A DNA stretch of 32,000 nt from Candidatus Saccharimonadota bacterium (lineage in GTDB: Bacteria > Bacteroidota > Bacteroidia > Flavobacteriales > Blattabacteriaceae): the NCBI RefSeq assembly GCF_000709555.1, contig NZ_CP006873.1:210001-242000 (forward strand), given 5' to 3'. The translations under genes and the position numbers were made by a program. The notes under the pieces were generated by a model. That model had not been told where the DNA came from. It ran no database searches and was given only the letters and a program-made list of their open reading frames with translations. Positions 10,834 to 20,858 of the stretch are shown here, piece after piece. Every line of letters starts with the position of its first letter. Within the stretch, counting starts at the first letter, position 1.

Positions 10834-13461
10834 TTAGTTAAAAATAAAACTCTCCACTAACTTTATCGCTTCATTTAACCCAGTAGAATTGTTACCCTTT
10901 GCCATAGCAAAAAACTTCTTACCTCCCCCTTTCCCTTTGATATATGGGGATAATTTTTGAAGAATTTTACAAGCATTTACCCCATGTTCTACAAGATCAT
11001 CAGAGACAGCTATGCAAAGCAGCACGTTATTTTTTTCAGAACGACCAACAACTGTTATTAGTTCTCTATGTTCCCTACGTAATTCTAATGCTATGGTTTT
11101 CATAGCAGTAGGTTCTAGATTTGTTTTTTCATAGATCAACATAAATCTATCATGTTTTTTAGCTTTTGTTAACCATTCTTTTTTTAATCTCTGTATTTCT
11201 CGTGACGTTACAATATTTATTTTTGTTCGTAACTTTTTTATTTCCTGTTGCAATTGTTGTATCGTTTTAATCGGATCGGAGGGATTATGTATTTGATAAA
11301 TAATTTTATTATAATCATCATATATCTTGTTTTGATATCCAATGGCAGTTTTTTCGGTAATTGCTTCTATACGTCGAATACCTGATCCTACAGAAGATTC
11401 TGATACAATTTTGAATAATCCTATTTCTCCAGTTTTCTTTACATGTGTTCCAAAACACAATTCTAACGAGGGGCCAAAACCAATACTTCGCACTTTATTT
11501 CCGTATTTTTCCCCAAATATTGCTACAGATCCTTCTGAAATTGCTGTTTCAAATGGAATGTTTCTACGTTCTCGTAAAGGATAATCTTTAAATATTATAT
11601 CCTGTACCAACATCTCAATCGACTGCAATTGTTCAATACGTATTTTTTTAGTATGAGAAAAGTCAAAACGCAATCTATCAGGCCCTACATACGATCCTTT
11701 CTGAGAAACATGATACCCTAGGACTTTTTTTAGAGCATAATGTAATAAATGAGTAGCACTATGGTTTTTTTCAATTTTCTTTCTACGATTTTTATCTACT
11801 GAAGCTTTGAAAGGTTTTTGGATATTATCAGGAAGTTTTTCTATCGTATGAAGAAAAAGACCATTCTCTTTATAAGTATTTATGATTCGTATTGTATCAA
11901 ATTCATTTTCCAAATAACCACTGTCTCCTACCTGGCCACCTTCTTCCGGTAAAAAAGGTGTTTTATTTAAAACAATTTGATAATAGGGACCTTTAATCGT
12001 TTGCACACGACGATATTGTTGTATATAAACATGAGCATATAAAATTTCATGACCGATAAATTTGTTTTCTTCTTCTACGAAAGAACTATTGAGAATAGTC
12101 CAATCATCATGCTGAATATTCCCATATTTCCGAGCACGTTCTTTTTGAAGAGACATTTCTTTTTTAAAGCCTATTTCATCTATTTTTAACAAATTGTCTG
12201 CAGCAAATAAACGTGAAATATATATAGGTAAACCGTAAGTATCATATAACTCAAATATTTTATCTCCACTAATCTGGTTTTGTCTTTTTTGTTTAGTTTC
12301 TTCAATAAGATTTCCCATTCTGTTTATGCCATGAGTTATGGTATTAAAAAAAGTGCTTTCTTCTGCTTGGACTTGTTCCTCTATCCACTTTTGTTGACGA
12401 ACAAGTTCAGGAAATATATCTCCCATTTCTTGTACAAGAACTTTCACAAGTTTATACAAAAAAGCTTGATTCTGATGTAAAAATTGATATCCATAACTTA
12501 TGGATCTTCTCAAAAGACGACGAATTACATATCCTGGACCAATATTAGAGGGATTTTGTCCGTCAGCAATAGCAAAAGAAATAGCTCTTATGTGATCTAC
12601 TATCACACGAATAGCTATATCTATTTGAGAATTTTTCCCATAATTAACATTGCTAACCGATTCTATTTTTTTAATTAGAGATCGAAAAAGATCAGTGTCA
12701 AAATTTGAAGATTTGTTTTGCAATACTCTGCAGAGTCTCTCAATACCTAGACCAGTATCTATATGACGATTCTCTAATTTTTCAAGACTTCCATCCGATT
12801 TCCTAAGAAATTCTATAAATACAAGATTCCATAGTTCTATGACATCCGGATGATTTTTATTAACAAGATCCTTACCGGAAACAGACTTTTTTTCTTTTGA
12901 ACTACGTAAATCTATATGAATTTCTGAACAAGGTCCACAAGGACCGATAGATCCCATTTCCCAGAAATTTTCTATTTTACCAAAAGAGATAATGCGATTT
13001 TTGTCAATAAATCTTGACCAAAGAAATCTAGACTCCTCATCAGGAGAAATATCATTTTTATCATCACCAGAAAATATTGTAACATATAAATTTTCACTAG
13101 GGATTTTGTAGACCTCAGTAAGAAGTTCCCAAGACCATTCTATAGTCTCTTTTTTATAATAATCTCCAAAAGACCAATTTCCAAGCATTTCGAACATAGT
13201 ATGATGATGAGTATCATGACCGACATCTTCTAAGTCATTATGTTTTCCTACTACTCGTAAGCATTTTTGCGTATTAGCTATTCTAGAATAATGAGGGATT
13301 CTTTGCGAGAGAAAATAATCTTTGAAAGGATTCATTCCCGCGTTTGTGAACATAAGGCTGGGATCATTTTTTATAACAATGGGAGATGAAGGAAAGATTT
13401 TATGATTTTTTTTTTGGAAAAAATTTAAAAAACTCTGTCGGATTTTACGAGAGGTAAACAT
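10834..13461 (-). CDS. alaS: Alanine--tRNA ligase
   Basis: Class II AlaRS motifs are present (FTNAGMNPFKDYF, HHTMFEMLGNWSFGDY, editing-domain HSATHLL). The start was set at the Met of MFTSRKIRQSFLNFF, because the upstream 23 ORF codons run through the tRNA-Ser gene. Confidence 0.95.
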   Translation of the reverse strand: MFTSRKIRQSFLNFFQKKNHKIFPSSPIVIKNDPSLMFTNAGMNPFKDYFLSQRIPHYSRIANTQKCLRVVGKHNDLEDVGHDTHHHTMFEMLGNWSFGDYYKKETIEWSWELLTEVYKIPSENLYVTIFSGDDKNDISPDEESRFLWSRFIDKNRIISFGKIENFWEMGSIGPCGPCSEIHIDLRSSKEKKSVSGKDLVNKNHPDVIELWNLVFIEFLRKSDGSLEKLENRHIDTGLGIERLCRVLQNKSSNFDTDLFRSLIKKIESVSNVNYGKNSQIDIAIRVIVDHIRAISFAIADGQNPSNIGPGYVIRRLLRRSISYGYQFLHQNQAFLYKLVKVLVQEMGDIFPELVRQQKWIEEQVQAEESTFFNTITHGINRMGNLIEETKQKRQNQISGDKIFELYDTYGLPIYISRLFAADNLLKIDEIGFKKEMSLQKERARKYGNIQHDDWTILNSSFVEEENKFIGHEILYAHVYIQQYRRVQTIKGPYYQIVLNKTPFLPEEGGQVGDSGYLENEFDTIRIINTYKENGLFLHTIEKLPDNIQKPFKASVDKNRRKKIEKNHSATHLLHYALKKVLGYHVSQKGSYVGPDRLRFDFSHTKKIRIEQLQSIEMLVQDIIFKDYPLRERRNIPFETAISEGSVAIFGEKYGNKVRSIGFGPSLELCFGTHVKKTGEIGLFKIVSESSVGSGIRRIEAITEKTAIGYQNKIYDDYNKIIYQIHNPSDPIKTIQQLQQEIKKLRTKINIVTSREIQRLKKEWLTKAKKHDRFMLIYEKTNLEPTAMKTIALELRREHRELITVVGRSEKNNVLLCIAVSDDLVEHGVNACKILQKLSPYIKGKGGGKKFFAMAKGNNSTGLNEAIKLVESFIFN

Positions 13462-13484
13462 CACATAAGTTTTATATAGGATTG

Positions 13485-13571
13485 CGGAGAGAAAGGGATT
13501 CGAACCCTTGACACTGTATTCAGTGAACATACTTTCCAGGAATGTGCCTTAGACCACTCGGCCATCTCTCC
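13485..13571 (-). tRNA. tRNA-Ser (anticodon GGA), type II with long variable arm
   Basis: The reverse complement folds as follows. Acceptor is GGAGAGA/TCTCTCC. Anticodon stem is CATTC/GTATG (one U-U mismatch) with loop CTGGAAA. Variable arm is CACTG-AATA-CAGTG. T arm is AAGGG-TTCGAAT-CCCTT. Discriminator is G. Confidence 0.9.
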
Positions 13572-14556
13572 AAGAATTTTCCAATATGCTGATCCCTAAG
13601 GCTTTTCTAACACGTTGTAATGTGATCGTAGCTATTTGTGAAGCACGTTCAGCTCCCAGAGAAAGAATTTTATTTAAAAGTACTTTTTTTTGTATAAATT
13701 CATTGAATTTTTCTCGTTCGTGTTTAAACCTATGTAATAAAAGTTCATAAAGAGCTTGTTTAGCATTCCTATAACCATAACCTCCTGATAGATAATTTTT
13801 TTCCATTTCAATAATTTGGTATTCAGAAGCAAAAAATTTGTAAAAAGTATAAATTAAATCTGTTTCTGGATTTTTAGACTCCTCTAAGGAAAGATTATTG
13901 GTTCGAATATTCATGATTTGCTGGTATAGTTCTTTTTCTTTAGCAAAAAGATTTATAATATTTCCTTTAGATTTGCTCATTTTGTTTCCGTCAATACCTG
14001 GTATATACATCATATTTTTATTAATCATAGGTTCTGGGACAACAAAGACTTCTCCTATTTTACTATTAAAACGCTTGGCTATATCACGCGTAATCTCCAT
14101 ATGTTGGAGTTGATCTTTCCCCACTAGTATTTTTTCAGCATCGTAGAGCAATATGTCCGCTGCCATAAGCATAGGATAGGTAAATAAGCCAGTGTTAATC
14201 TCTTTAATATAATTTTTTTTTTCCTTAAATGAATGTGCTAATTTAAGTCTATGATAAGGGTAAAAACAACTTAAATACCAAGATAATTCAGTTGTCTGAG
14301 GTACATCGGATTGACGATAAAAAATCGCTCTATCAGCATCAAGCCCGCAAGCAAGCCAAGTAGCCAAAACTTGATAGGTATATTCTTTTAATAACTCAGC
14401 ATTTTTAACAACAGTTAACGAATGTAAATCTGCAATAAATAAAAAGGAAGTATAATCAGAGCTATTTGCCAATTGAATAGCTGGAAAAATAACACTCAAT
14501 AGATTGCCTAAATGAGGAATACCAGTGCTTTGGATCCCCGTTAATATTCTGGACAT
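13549..14556 (-). CDS. trpS: Tryptophan--tRNA ligase
   Basis: This is a class I enzyme, with a HIGH-like PHLGN motif and KMSKS. It is 335 aa. The last 23 nt, including the stop, lie inside the tRNA-Ser gene. Confidence 0.93.
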   Translation of the reverse strand: MSRILTGIQSTGIPHLGNLLSVIFPAIQLANSSDYTSFLFIADLHSLTVVKNAELLKEYTYQVLATWLACGLDADRAIFYRQSDVPQTTELSWYLSCFYPYHRLKLAHSFKEKKNYIKEINTGLFTYPMLMAADILLYDAEKILVGKDQLQHMEITRDIAKRFNSKIGEVFVVPEPMINKNMMYIPGIDGNKMSKSKGNIINLFAKEKELYQQIMNIRTNNLSLEESKNPETDLIYTFYKFFASEYQIIEMEKNYLSGGYGYRNAKQALYELLLHRFKHEREKFNEFIQKKVLLNKILSLGAERASQIATITLQRVRKALGISILENSWRDGRVV

Positions 14557-14559
14557 TTT

Positions 14560-15329
14560 TAATATTTTAACGCTTCTTCCCAGAATTTCTTTAGGAATTC
14601 TGACGTTCTTTATTAGAGTGAAGTATTAACTCACTTTTAATTTTAGAAGCATTTTCTGTGGCTTTATGCATAGCCATCATCCGTGATCAAGCATTGCTTT
14701 AAAAATAGCTATTTTTAGGAATTAAATAGTCTAAAAGAGCTTCTTTTGAAGGCTCCATAAAGTAATTAACCTTTTCATCATTACTAGACTTTATAGAGAT
14801 AGGTAATAGTTTTCGGTTTTAAAACCGACTCCAGAATTTTTATATTCACAATATATACTATATGAATAGAACCTTTAAGAAATTCTTCTATTAAAGAATC
14901 ACAGAATATTTCTACCTGATGGTCATAAATCGTATAAAATAGATTAAAATTATGTTATAGTAATTTTTTTTCCTCTGAAAAGGAATAGAGATTTTATGAG
15001 TAATATCTTTAACGATTGCATCATTGAAACTTCCACAAAGTCCCCTATTAGAACTGATAACAATGATTAATTTTGTATTTACAAAAACCTCTTCTAAATA
15101 AATAGAATTAAAATCTGTATTTGAAAAAGTAGACGTCTTCTATTCCTTAAGAATAAGGATAGAATTGTAATATGGCATCTTTAGCATCTTTAGCATCTTT
15201 AGCATCTTTAGCATCTTTAGCATCTTTAGCATCTTTAGCATCTTTAGTTTTTTTAAGTTTAGCTGCAGTAATCTTCATCATAGAAGAAACTGATTGAATC
15301 CGAAAAAGGATTTATTTTAAACTAGGCAC
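14560..15329 (-). pseudogene. atpG: ATP synthase F1 gamma subunit (atpG) pseudogene
   Basis: Hand translation gives an N-terminal VPSLK*ILFRIQSVSSMMKITAAKLKK (compare LKEIRNRI.SV..T.QIT.AMKMVSAAKLKKAQ) with an in-frame TAA and an internal deletion. The C-terminal MMAMHKATENASKIKSELILHSNKERQNS* is followed by a frame change to IPKEIL. There are many stops in between and no long ORF. Confidence 0.75.
15175..15247. repeat. Perfect tandem repeat, 9-bp unit GCATCTTTA x 8 (minus strand AAAGATGCT = Lys-Asp-Ala)
   Basis: The eight identical units were counted directly, at 15175-15246. The repeat lies inside the atpG pseudogene at the position of the ancestral KLKKAQDA segment. Confidence 0.95.
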
Positions 15330-16298
15330 GTCCTTTAATATATTTCTCTTCATGAGAGACTCTTTCAAGCACTTTAGTAAATTTTGTTACATTATTTGAG
15401 GATATTTGTTATTTAAATAAATATTCTTCCTCAAATTCGTGAACCTTATTAAGAGAGTCAACAGATTTCTGGGACCGAGATATAGTATAGCTATTTTATA
15501 AGGATTATTTATCCGTTGTTTTAGAATTTCCACGTTATGTTTACCTTTATTTCTAATATCCATAGTAACAGGATCAAGATTAGAAACAAACTTTTAAAAG
15601 GCTTCCTTCCTTCCTTCCTTCCAGATCACGGAATTGAGCCTGATCAATTTTAAGAGTTCCAGCTTGCTACTACACGGGATCCAGAAATCCCTTCATTAAT
15701 TGCTGCCCCCAGAATTAAACAAATCAATTTATAAAAATATTTGGCCTAATAGAGATAATATTAGTTGGAATATAAGCGTCTACCTCTTGGGTATCGCTGT
15801 CCCCCCTTGAGACATCGTTAAGATTACGGGCTACTTCATCATGCAGAACGTTACAATAAGCGTAGACAGGATTAGCTTCTCGTCCTGGAGTCTTAAAAGC
15901 AAAGAAATTTCACGGTAAGATCATCGGCCTCACGAAAATATTCTACTACGACCGTCTACATTTTTAATGTGTTGCCACTGGCAACATAAAGACAAAAAAC
16001 TGGTGATCATAACATTCCTTCTGATTAAGAATCGTGGTTTGACCTGTCTGTCGTTGGCCCACGTCTAATAGGAATCATAGCATCAATAGCTATAAGACCT
16101 GTTTGTAGAGAGGCTTACGATAGATTAGGAGGTAAGCTAGGTAAGCTATATGTACGCTACGTTGTATCCTTCTAGGATAACCAGGGTGAGTACAATACCT
16201 TTAAGACCAGTATGAAATTCTACTAATTGTCTACTCCATCACCTATTTTAAGTCCCACACCAAATTCTTTTTTCAAGATGGCTAAGATTTTAGATCTA
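15330..16298 (-). pseudogene. atpA: ATP synthase F1 alpha subunit (atpA) pseudogene, heavily deleted
   Basis: Fragments lie in several frames: ILAILKKEF..GVGLKIGDGV, QLVEFHTGLKGIVLTL, LQTGLIAIDAMIPIRRG, a collapsed Walker A QRQTGQTT (16033-16056; GKT changed to GQT with flanking codons missing), AGTLKIDQAQFRDLE, and FVSNLDPVT...VEILKQ. There are multiple stops. The span is about 0.97 kb, against roughly 1.5 kb expected for an intact atpA. Confidence 0.8.
15602..15622. repeat. Tetranucleotide microsatellite (TTCC)5 (minus strand GGAA)
   Basis: Read directly from the sequence. It sits exactly at the ancestral ...RDLE|AF... junction of atpA and shifts the frame. Confidence 0.9.
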
Positions 16299-16475
16299 TC
16301 ATCTAATTGTAAGAGATTCTAGTAGCTTATAAGCTCTTTACTAAGACTCATATCCGCTCAGAGCACCAATAATAGTAGGATCTACTTTCTTCAAGAGAAA
16401 GTCTTTTGTATTTCCATAACTTCATCCAATATTTAAAGGTATAGCCGTGATGATAGTGGCTTCTCCCCTAAAAAA
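16299..16475 (-). pseudogene. atpH: ATP synthase F1 delta subunit (atpH) remnant, C-terminal third only
   Basis: Translation gives ATIITAIPLNIG*SYGNTKDFLLKKVDPTIIGALSGYES**, which resembles the delta C-terminus (..VDPSIIGG..). The N-terminal two thirds are missing. Confidence 0.5.
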
Positions 16476-16492
16476 TTCATGAGTAATAGATT

Positions 16493-16888
16493 TTAATAAA
16501 GAAATTGTCGTCTTGTTTTTGAAGAATCAAGAATATTTCTCTTTTTTTGTTTTGTTTTGTTTTTTTTTTTTAAACGGTAAAGAAGGCATTTTAAGAAAGG
16601 AATAAAAATACCGATTTTTTTTTTTGCTTCTTCACGGATTTTATCACTCATTATCCGAGCTTCTTTTAATAAAAGATCTCGTTCAATACGACTTTCTTTA
16701 ATCCAATTATCTTTTTCAAGATGAAAAAGACGAATTTCTGAACGTACTTTTTGAGCAGCTTCTAGAGAATTATGCAAATGAGTATCACGTTGTTTAATCA
16801 GATTTAATATGGGTTTCCACGCAAATTTTGTAAGAATGAAAAAGAGATGCCAAAAAATAAAACCTATGGAAGGCGTTACTAAATCCAC
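16493..16888 (-). pseudogene. atpF: ATP synthase Fo subunit b (atpF) pseudogene
   Basis: The first ~90 aa are b-like (TPSIGFIFW...KFAWKPILNLIKQRD...LLKEARIMSDKIREEAKK) but the TM helix is shortened. After a 13-nt homopolymer (about 16612-16624) the reading frame encodes low-complexity K/N-rich junk. No frame continues the b coiled coil. Confidence 0.7.
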
Positions 16889-16930
16889 GATATAATTAAA
16901 TAAATTCTCGGTAACCCTATTTTAATATAC

Positions 16931-17005
16931 CTAAAAGGGCAGTACGAAAAGTGATGCAGGAGCACTTTGGTGTCTGCGACCTGTCTGTCTAAGATTAGCG
17001 TCCAT
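16931..17005 (-). pseudogene. atpE: ATP synthase Fo subunit c (atpE) remnant
   Basis: Only MDANLRQTGRRHQSAPASLFVLPF* remains (compare SAMEAIARQPE...ALFAL). The first TM helix and the loop context are deleted. Confidence 0.55.
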
Positions 17006-17010
17006 AGAAA

Positions 17011-17642
17011 TTAAGATGTTTCATTATCTTTTATACCAATAAGGCAACGAAGTCTTATAAAGATTCCTACAAGTTCTATTGGGATTCGGAAAAAACGAAC
17101 GGAGGCATATGGAAAATATGTTTCCAATAAGATCTTTTGGAGGTTATAATTAGAAAGGTAATCAACGATAAAACTAAGGTGGTATTCCCAGTTACTTTCG
17201 TAGCATCCCAATCAGATTGTAGGAGATAAAAAAATACTGTAGGAAAATACAACTTATACATAGGGTTCCCTATGTTTTGAATAGCTAATTCATCTCTGAG
17301 GAACAAAATTAGTGGTTCTCCTGTAAAGAAATAGGACAAAGAATAAAAACAGAACATAAAGTAGCCACAACATTTTTCGTAATGGAGAGATTCAACGGTT
17401 GCTCATTTAGGTGGACCCATCAGCGTCTTGCACAAGACGATAATATTTTCCATCAGACAACCTTTCTTCCATATTTAAACCGAAAGAAAGACACAAAATT
17501 ATAGGTAAAGGAATACTTAGACTTTTCTCTACCCCAAAAGTGCCATTCAGATGAATCTCGGTTCAAGAATTCTTTCTGGATAAGAAACTACAAAACTATG
17601 AAGCACAAAAAAGAGAGAAAAAATAAAAATACTACTTTTCAC
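17011..17642 (-). pseudogene. atpB: ATP synthase Fo subunit a (atpB) pseudogene
   Basis: From the GTG at 17642 the N-terminus reads VKSSIFIFSLFFVLHSF..., a signal-like sequence, then hits a stop. IHLNGTFGVEKSLSIPLPIIL, VTGNTTLVLSLITFLII and PIELVGIFIRLR lie in different frames. The C-terminal helices are missing. Confidence 0.75.
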
Positions 17643-17663
17643 TAATTTGAATCGATCTAAATT

Positions 17664-19118
17664 CTAGAAATTTGGGTTTAAACAAGTAGAACCATCCTCA
17701 TTATCAATCAATGAATATCCAAGATGAAAGAGCTCATTCCGTATCCTATCTGATATATCCCATTTTTTTTCTTTTCGGACTAATTTTCGTATCTCCAATA
17801 GGAGATCTATCAACTTGTGATTAACGGTTAAGTCTGAAGGAATATTAACTCCTAAGACCTCTGTAAGAAAATTTCTCATATTTCTATGTAATAATTGGAT
17901 ATCATAAATATCTAAGAATTCTTTTCCTTTGACAAAAGATTCAATTAAATTACCTGCTTCAAAGAGATGGGAAATTAATTTTGGACTATTAAAATCATCA
18001 TTCATAGCATCATAACACCTCTGGATCCAATCCTTCACATCAAAAGTAGAAAGACCCCGATTTTTTTCTGCTATTAACCTTTTTAAGGTGGTAAAATATT
18101 TCATCAGACGATGAAATCCCTTCTCCGCAGAGAGAAGAGACTGGATTGAAAAATCAAATACACTACGATAATGAGATTGAAGCATAAAAAATCGAATAAG
18201 ATTCGCAGAGAAAGATTTTTCTCCTGTGAAAAGTTCTGAAGGAAGAATTAGATGTCCGCTTGACTTACTCATTTTTTTATCTTTTATAGTCAGGAGATTA
18301 ACATGAATCCAGTATCGAACTGGATTTTTCTCGGAAATGCCCAGAGCTTGGGCTAATTCACATTCATGATGTGGAAACTTTAAATCTATTCCACCACCAT
18401 GTATATCAAAAACATTCCCTAAATATTTTGTGCTCATAGCGGTACATTCTAAGTGCCATCCCGGGAAACCTTTACCCCAAGGAGAATTCCAACTCATAAG
18501 ATGCTTAGGCGATGCTTTTTTCCATAGGGCGAAATCTAGAGTATATCGTTTTTCATTTTGCGCTTTTAAATTACGTGTATTGGCTATGAGATCTTCTATA
18601 TTTCTATGGCTCAAAATCCCGTAATCATAACGTTGGATATAGGATTTTAAATCAAAATAAACAGATCCATTTACTTCATAAGCTAGTCCTTTGTCAATAA
18701 GTTTGACAATCAGTTCTATTTGTTCAAGAATATGACCTGTAGCAATAGGCTCTATATTAGGAGGTAATGTATTTAATACAGAAAGAATATGATGAAAATC
18801 AAGGGTATATTTTTGCGTAATTTCCATAGGTTCTAGACGTTCTAAACGAGCTCTTTTAGAAATTTTATCTTCACCTTCATCTTCAAGATGTCCCACATCA
18901 GTGATATTACGCACGTAACGTACTTTATACCCCAGATATTTAAAATAACGAACTATCAAGTCAAAAAAAATAAATGTACGACAATTTCCTAAATGGATTT
19001 CTCTATAAACAGTGGGGCCGCAAGTATATATTCCAACATGTCCTTGAATAATAGGGACAAAAGTTTCTTTTTTTCCACTAAGAGTGTTGTATATTTTTAT
19101 TTTTTGCTTCATTTTCAT
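17664..19118 (-). CDS. cysS: Cysteine--tRNA ligase
   Basis: 484 aa. Motifs are [15 protein letters not shown] (HIGH-type), GWHLEC and KMSKS. Confidence 0.95.
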   Translation of the reverse strand: MKMKQKIKIYNTLSGKKETFVPIIQGHVGIYTCGPTVYREIHLGNCRTFIFFDLIVRYFKYLGYKVRYVRNITDVGHLEDEGEDKISKRARLERLEPMEITQKYTLDFHHILSVLNTLPPNIEPIATGHILEQIELIVKLIDKGLAYEVNGSVYFDLKSYIQRYDYGILSHRNIEDLIANTRNLKAQNEKRYTLDFALWKKASPKHLMSWNSPWGKGFPGWHLECTAMSTKYLGNVFDIHGGGIDLKFPHHECELAQALGISEKNPVRYWIHVNLLTIKDKKMSKSSGHLILPSELFTGEKSFSANLIRFFMLQSHYRSVFDFSIQSLLSAEKGFHRLMKYFTTLKRLIAEKNRGLSTFDVKDWIQRCYDAMNDDFNSPKLISHLFEAGNLIESFVKGKEFLDIYDIQLLHRNMRNFLTEVLGVNIPSDLTVNHKLIDLLLEIRKLVRKEKKWDISDRIRNELFHLGYSLIDNEDGSTCLNPNF

Positions 19119-19211
19119 CTATACTAAGTTTGAGTTACATCATCGATAATTTTTGAAAAAATGCATTTATACAATTTTTAACAGATTACAAAAATTAATA
19201 TAATTAAACAC

Positions 19212-20684
19212 ATGTCATCATTGATCTCAAGAAAAGAAAATTATTCAAAATGGTATAATGAAATAGTTATAAAATCTGAACTCGCTGAAAATTCGGGTAT
19301 CCGTGGTTGTATGATCATCAAACCATACGGTTTCGCTATATGGGAAAAAATGCAATCAGTTCTAGACAAAATGTTAAAACAGACAGGACATGAAAACGCT
19401 TATTTTCCAACATTGATTCCAAAATCCTACCTATCAAAAGAAACGAATCATATGGAAGGATTTGCTAAGGAATGCGCTGTCGTAACACATTGTAGGTTAA
19501 AGAATACACCTGATGGGAAAGAAATAATGTTAGATCCTAAATCAAGACTTGAAGAGGAACTCATAGTGCGTCCTACCTCTGAAACTATTATCTGGGACAG
19601 CTACAGAAGATGGATACAATCTTATCGAGACTTACCTATCTTACTAAATCAATGGGCTAACGTAGTTCGTTGGGAAATGCGAACCCGATTATTTTTACGA
19701 ACTTCAGAGTTTCTTTGGCAAGAAGGTCATACTGCCCATGCTAGCCGAGAAGAAGCTATTGAAGAAGCAAAAAAAATGCTTAGAGTTTATACTAATTTTT
19801 CGGAAAATTTTATGGCGGTACCAGTGATTCAAGGCACGAAAAGTGAGACTGAACGTTTTTCCGGAGCGGAAGAAACTTATTGTATTGAAGCAATGATGCA
19901 AGATGGAAAAGCTCTTCAAATAGGGACTTCTCATTTTCTAGGACAAAATTTTTCCAAAGCTTTTGATGTGAAATTTTCTAAACAATTTGGGGGTAAAGAG
20001 TACGTTTGGGCTACTTCTTGTGGGGTATCCACTCGTTTAATAGGAGCATTAATCATGACTCATTCTGATGATTATGGATTGGTTTTACCTCCCAAACTCG
20101 CCCCTATACAAGTTATTATCATTCCTATTTATAGGAATCACGAACAGCTTAGAATCATTGAAAAATCTGTTACAATAATTAAAAAATATCTTGAAAATCA
20201 TGGAATACGCACAAAATATGACTATCAAAATCATAAAACTCCTGGTTGGAAATTCAACGAATATGAAATGAAGGGAGTTCCTTTACGGATTTCCATGGGA
20301 ATAAGGGAAATTGAAAAAAATCAAGTGGAGTTATTTAGACGAGATACCATGGAAAAACAACTATGTTCACAAAACGAATTTTTGAGATTAGCTCCAAAAC
20401 TTCTAGAGGATATTCAAAATAAATTATATAATCGTGCTTTAAAAAAAAGAAATGCATTGATGTTTCATGTAAATAATTATGAAGATTTTAAAAAAATACT
20501 AGATAACAAGGGAGGATTTATTTCCGCGTATTGGGATGGTACAATTGAAACTGAAAAAAAAATTAAAGAAGAAACTAAAGCAACTATTCGCTGTATACCA
20601 TTAAATTCTGACACTAAAAAAGGATATTGTGTATATTCAGGTAAACCTTCATCAAAAAAGGTTTTTTTTGCTAGATCTTATTAA
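19212..20684 (+). CDS. proS: Proline--tRNA ligase (archaeal/eukaryote-like class II form typical of Bacteroidota)
   Basis: 490 aa. The N-terminus is [12 protein letters not shown], class II motifs are RPTSET..RWE.R...[13 protein letters not shown], and the C-terminal Zn-type domain ends in ..ARSY. Confidence 0.95.
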   Translation: MSSLISRKENYSKWYNEIVIKSELAENSGIRGCMIIKPYGFAIWEKMQSVLDKMLKQTGHENAYFPTLIPKSYLSKETNHMEGFAKECAVVTHCRLKNTPDGKEIMLDPKSRLEEELIVRPTSETIIWDSYRRWIQSYRDLPILLNQWANVVRWEMRTRLFLRTSEFLWQEGHTAHASREEAIEEAKKMLRVYTNFSENFMAVPVIQGTKSETERFSGAEETYCIEAMMQDGKALQIGTSHFLGQNFSKAFDVKFSKQFGGKEYVWATSCGVSTRLIGALIMTHSDDYGLVLPPKLAPIQVIIIPIYRNHEQLRIIEKSVTIIKKYLENHGIRTKYDYQNHKTPGWKFNEYEMKGVPLRISMGIREIEKNQVELFRRDTMEKQLCSQNEFLRLAPKLLEDIQNKLYNRALKKRNALMFHVNNYEDFKKILDNKGGFISAYWDGTIETEKKIKEETKATIRCIPLNSDTKKGYCVYSGKPSSKKVFFARSY

Positions 20685-20858
20685 TTTAAGGGTACACGAA
20701 ACCTCGAGAAGACATTAGACTTGGCTACTGGGACTAAAATTATGGGCTTTGGACTTATTAAAGGAAGATCGAATTTTTGGTAGGAGATGAATTATTAAGA
20801 CAAAAAATATTTTAAAAACGGGTGTTAGACCGATATATCTAGATGCCAAGACATACTT

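Noticed and set aside
15175-15247. Whether the 9-bp repeat block could be a CRISPR array
   Set aside because: The units are contiguous with no spacers and are far shorter than CRISPR repeats. No cas genes are nearby. It is a simple tandem minisatellite.
15971-15985. Perfect palindrome GTTGCCA-C-TGGCAAC, considered as an operator or as a sigma-54 -24 element (TGGCA)
   Set aside because: No TTGC -12 element follows at the correct spacing. It lies inside the atpA pseudogene with no downstream gene to regulate, so it is most likely chance.
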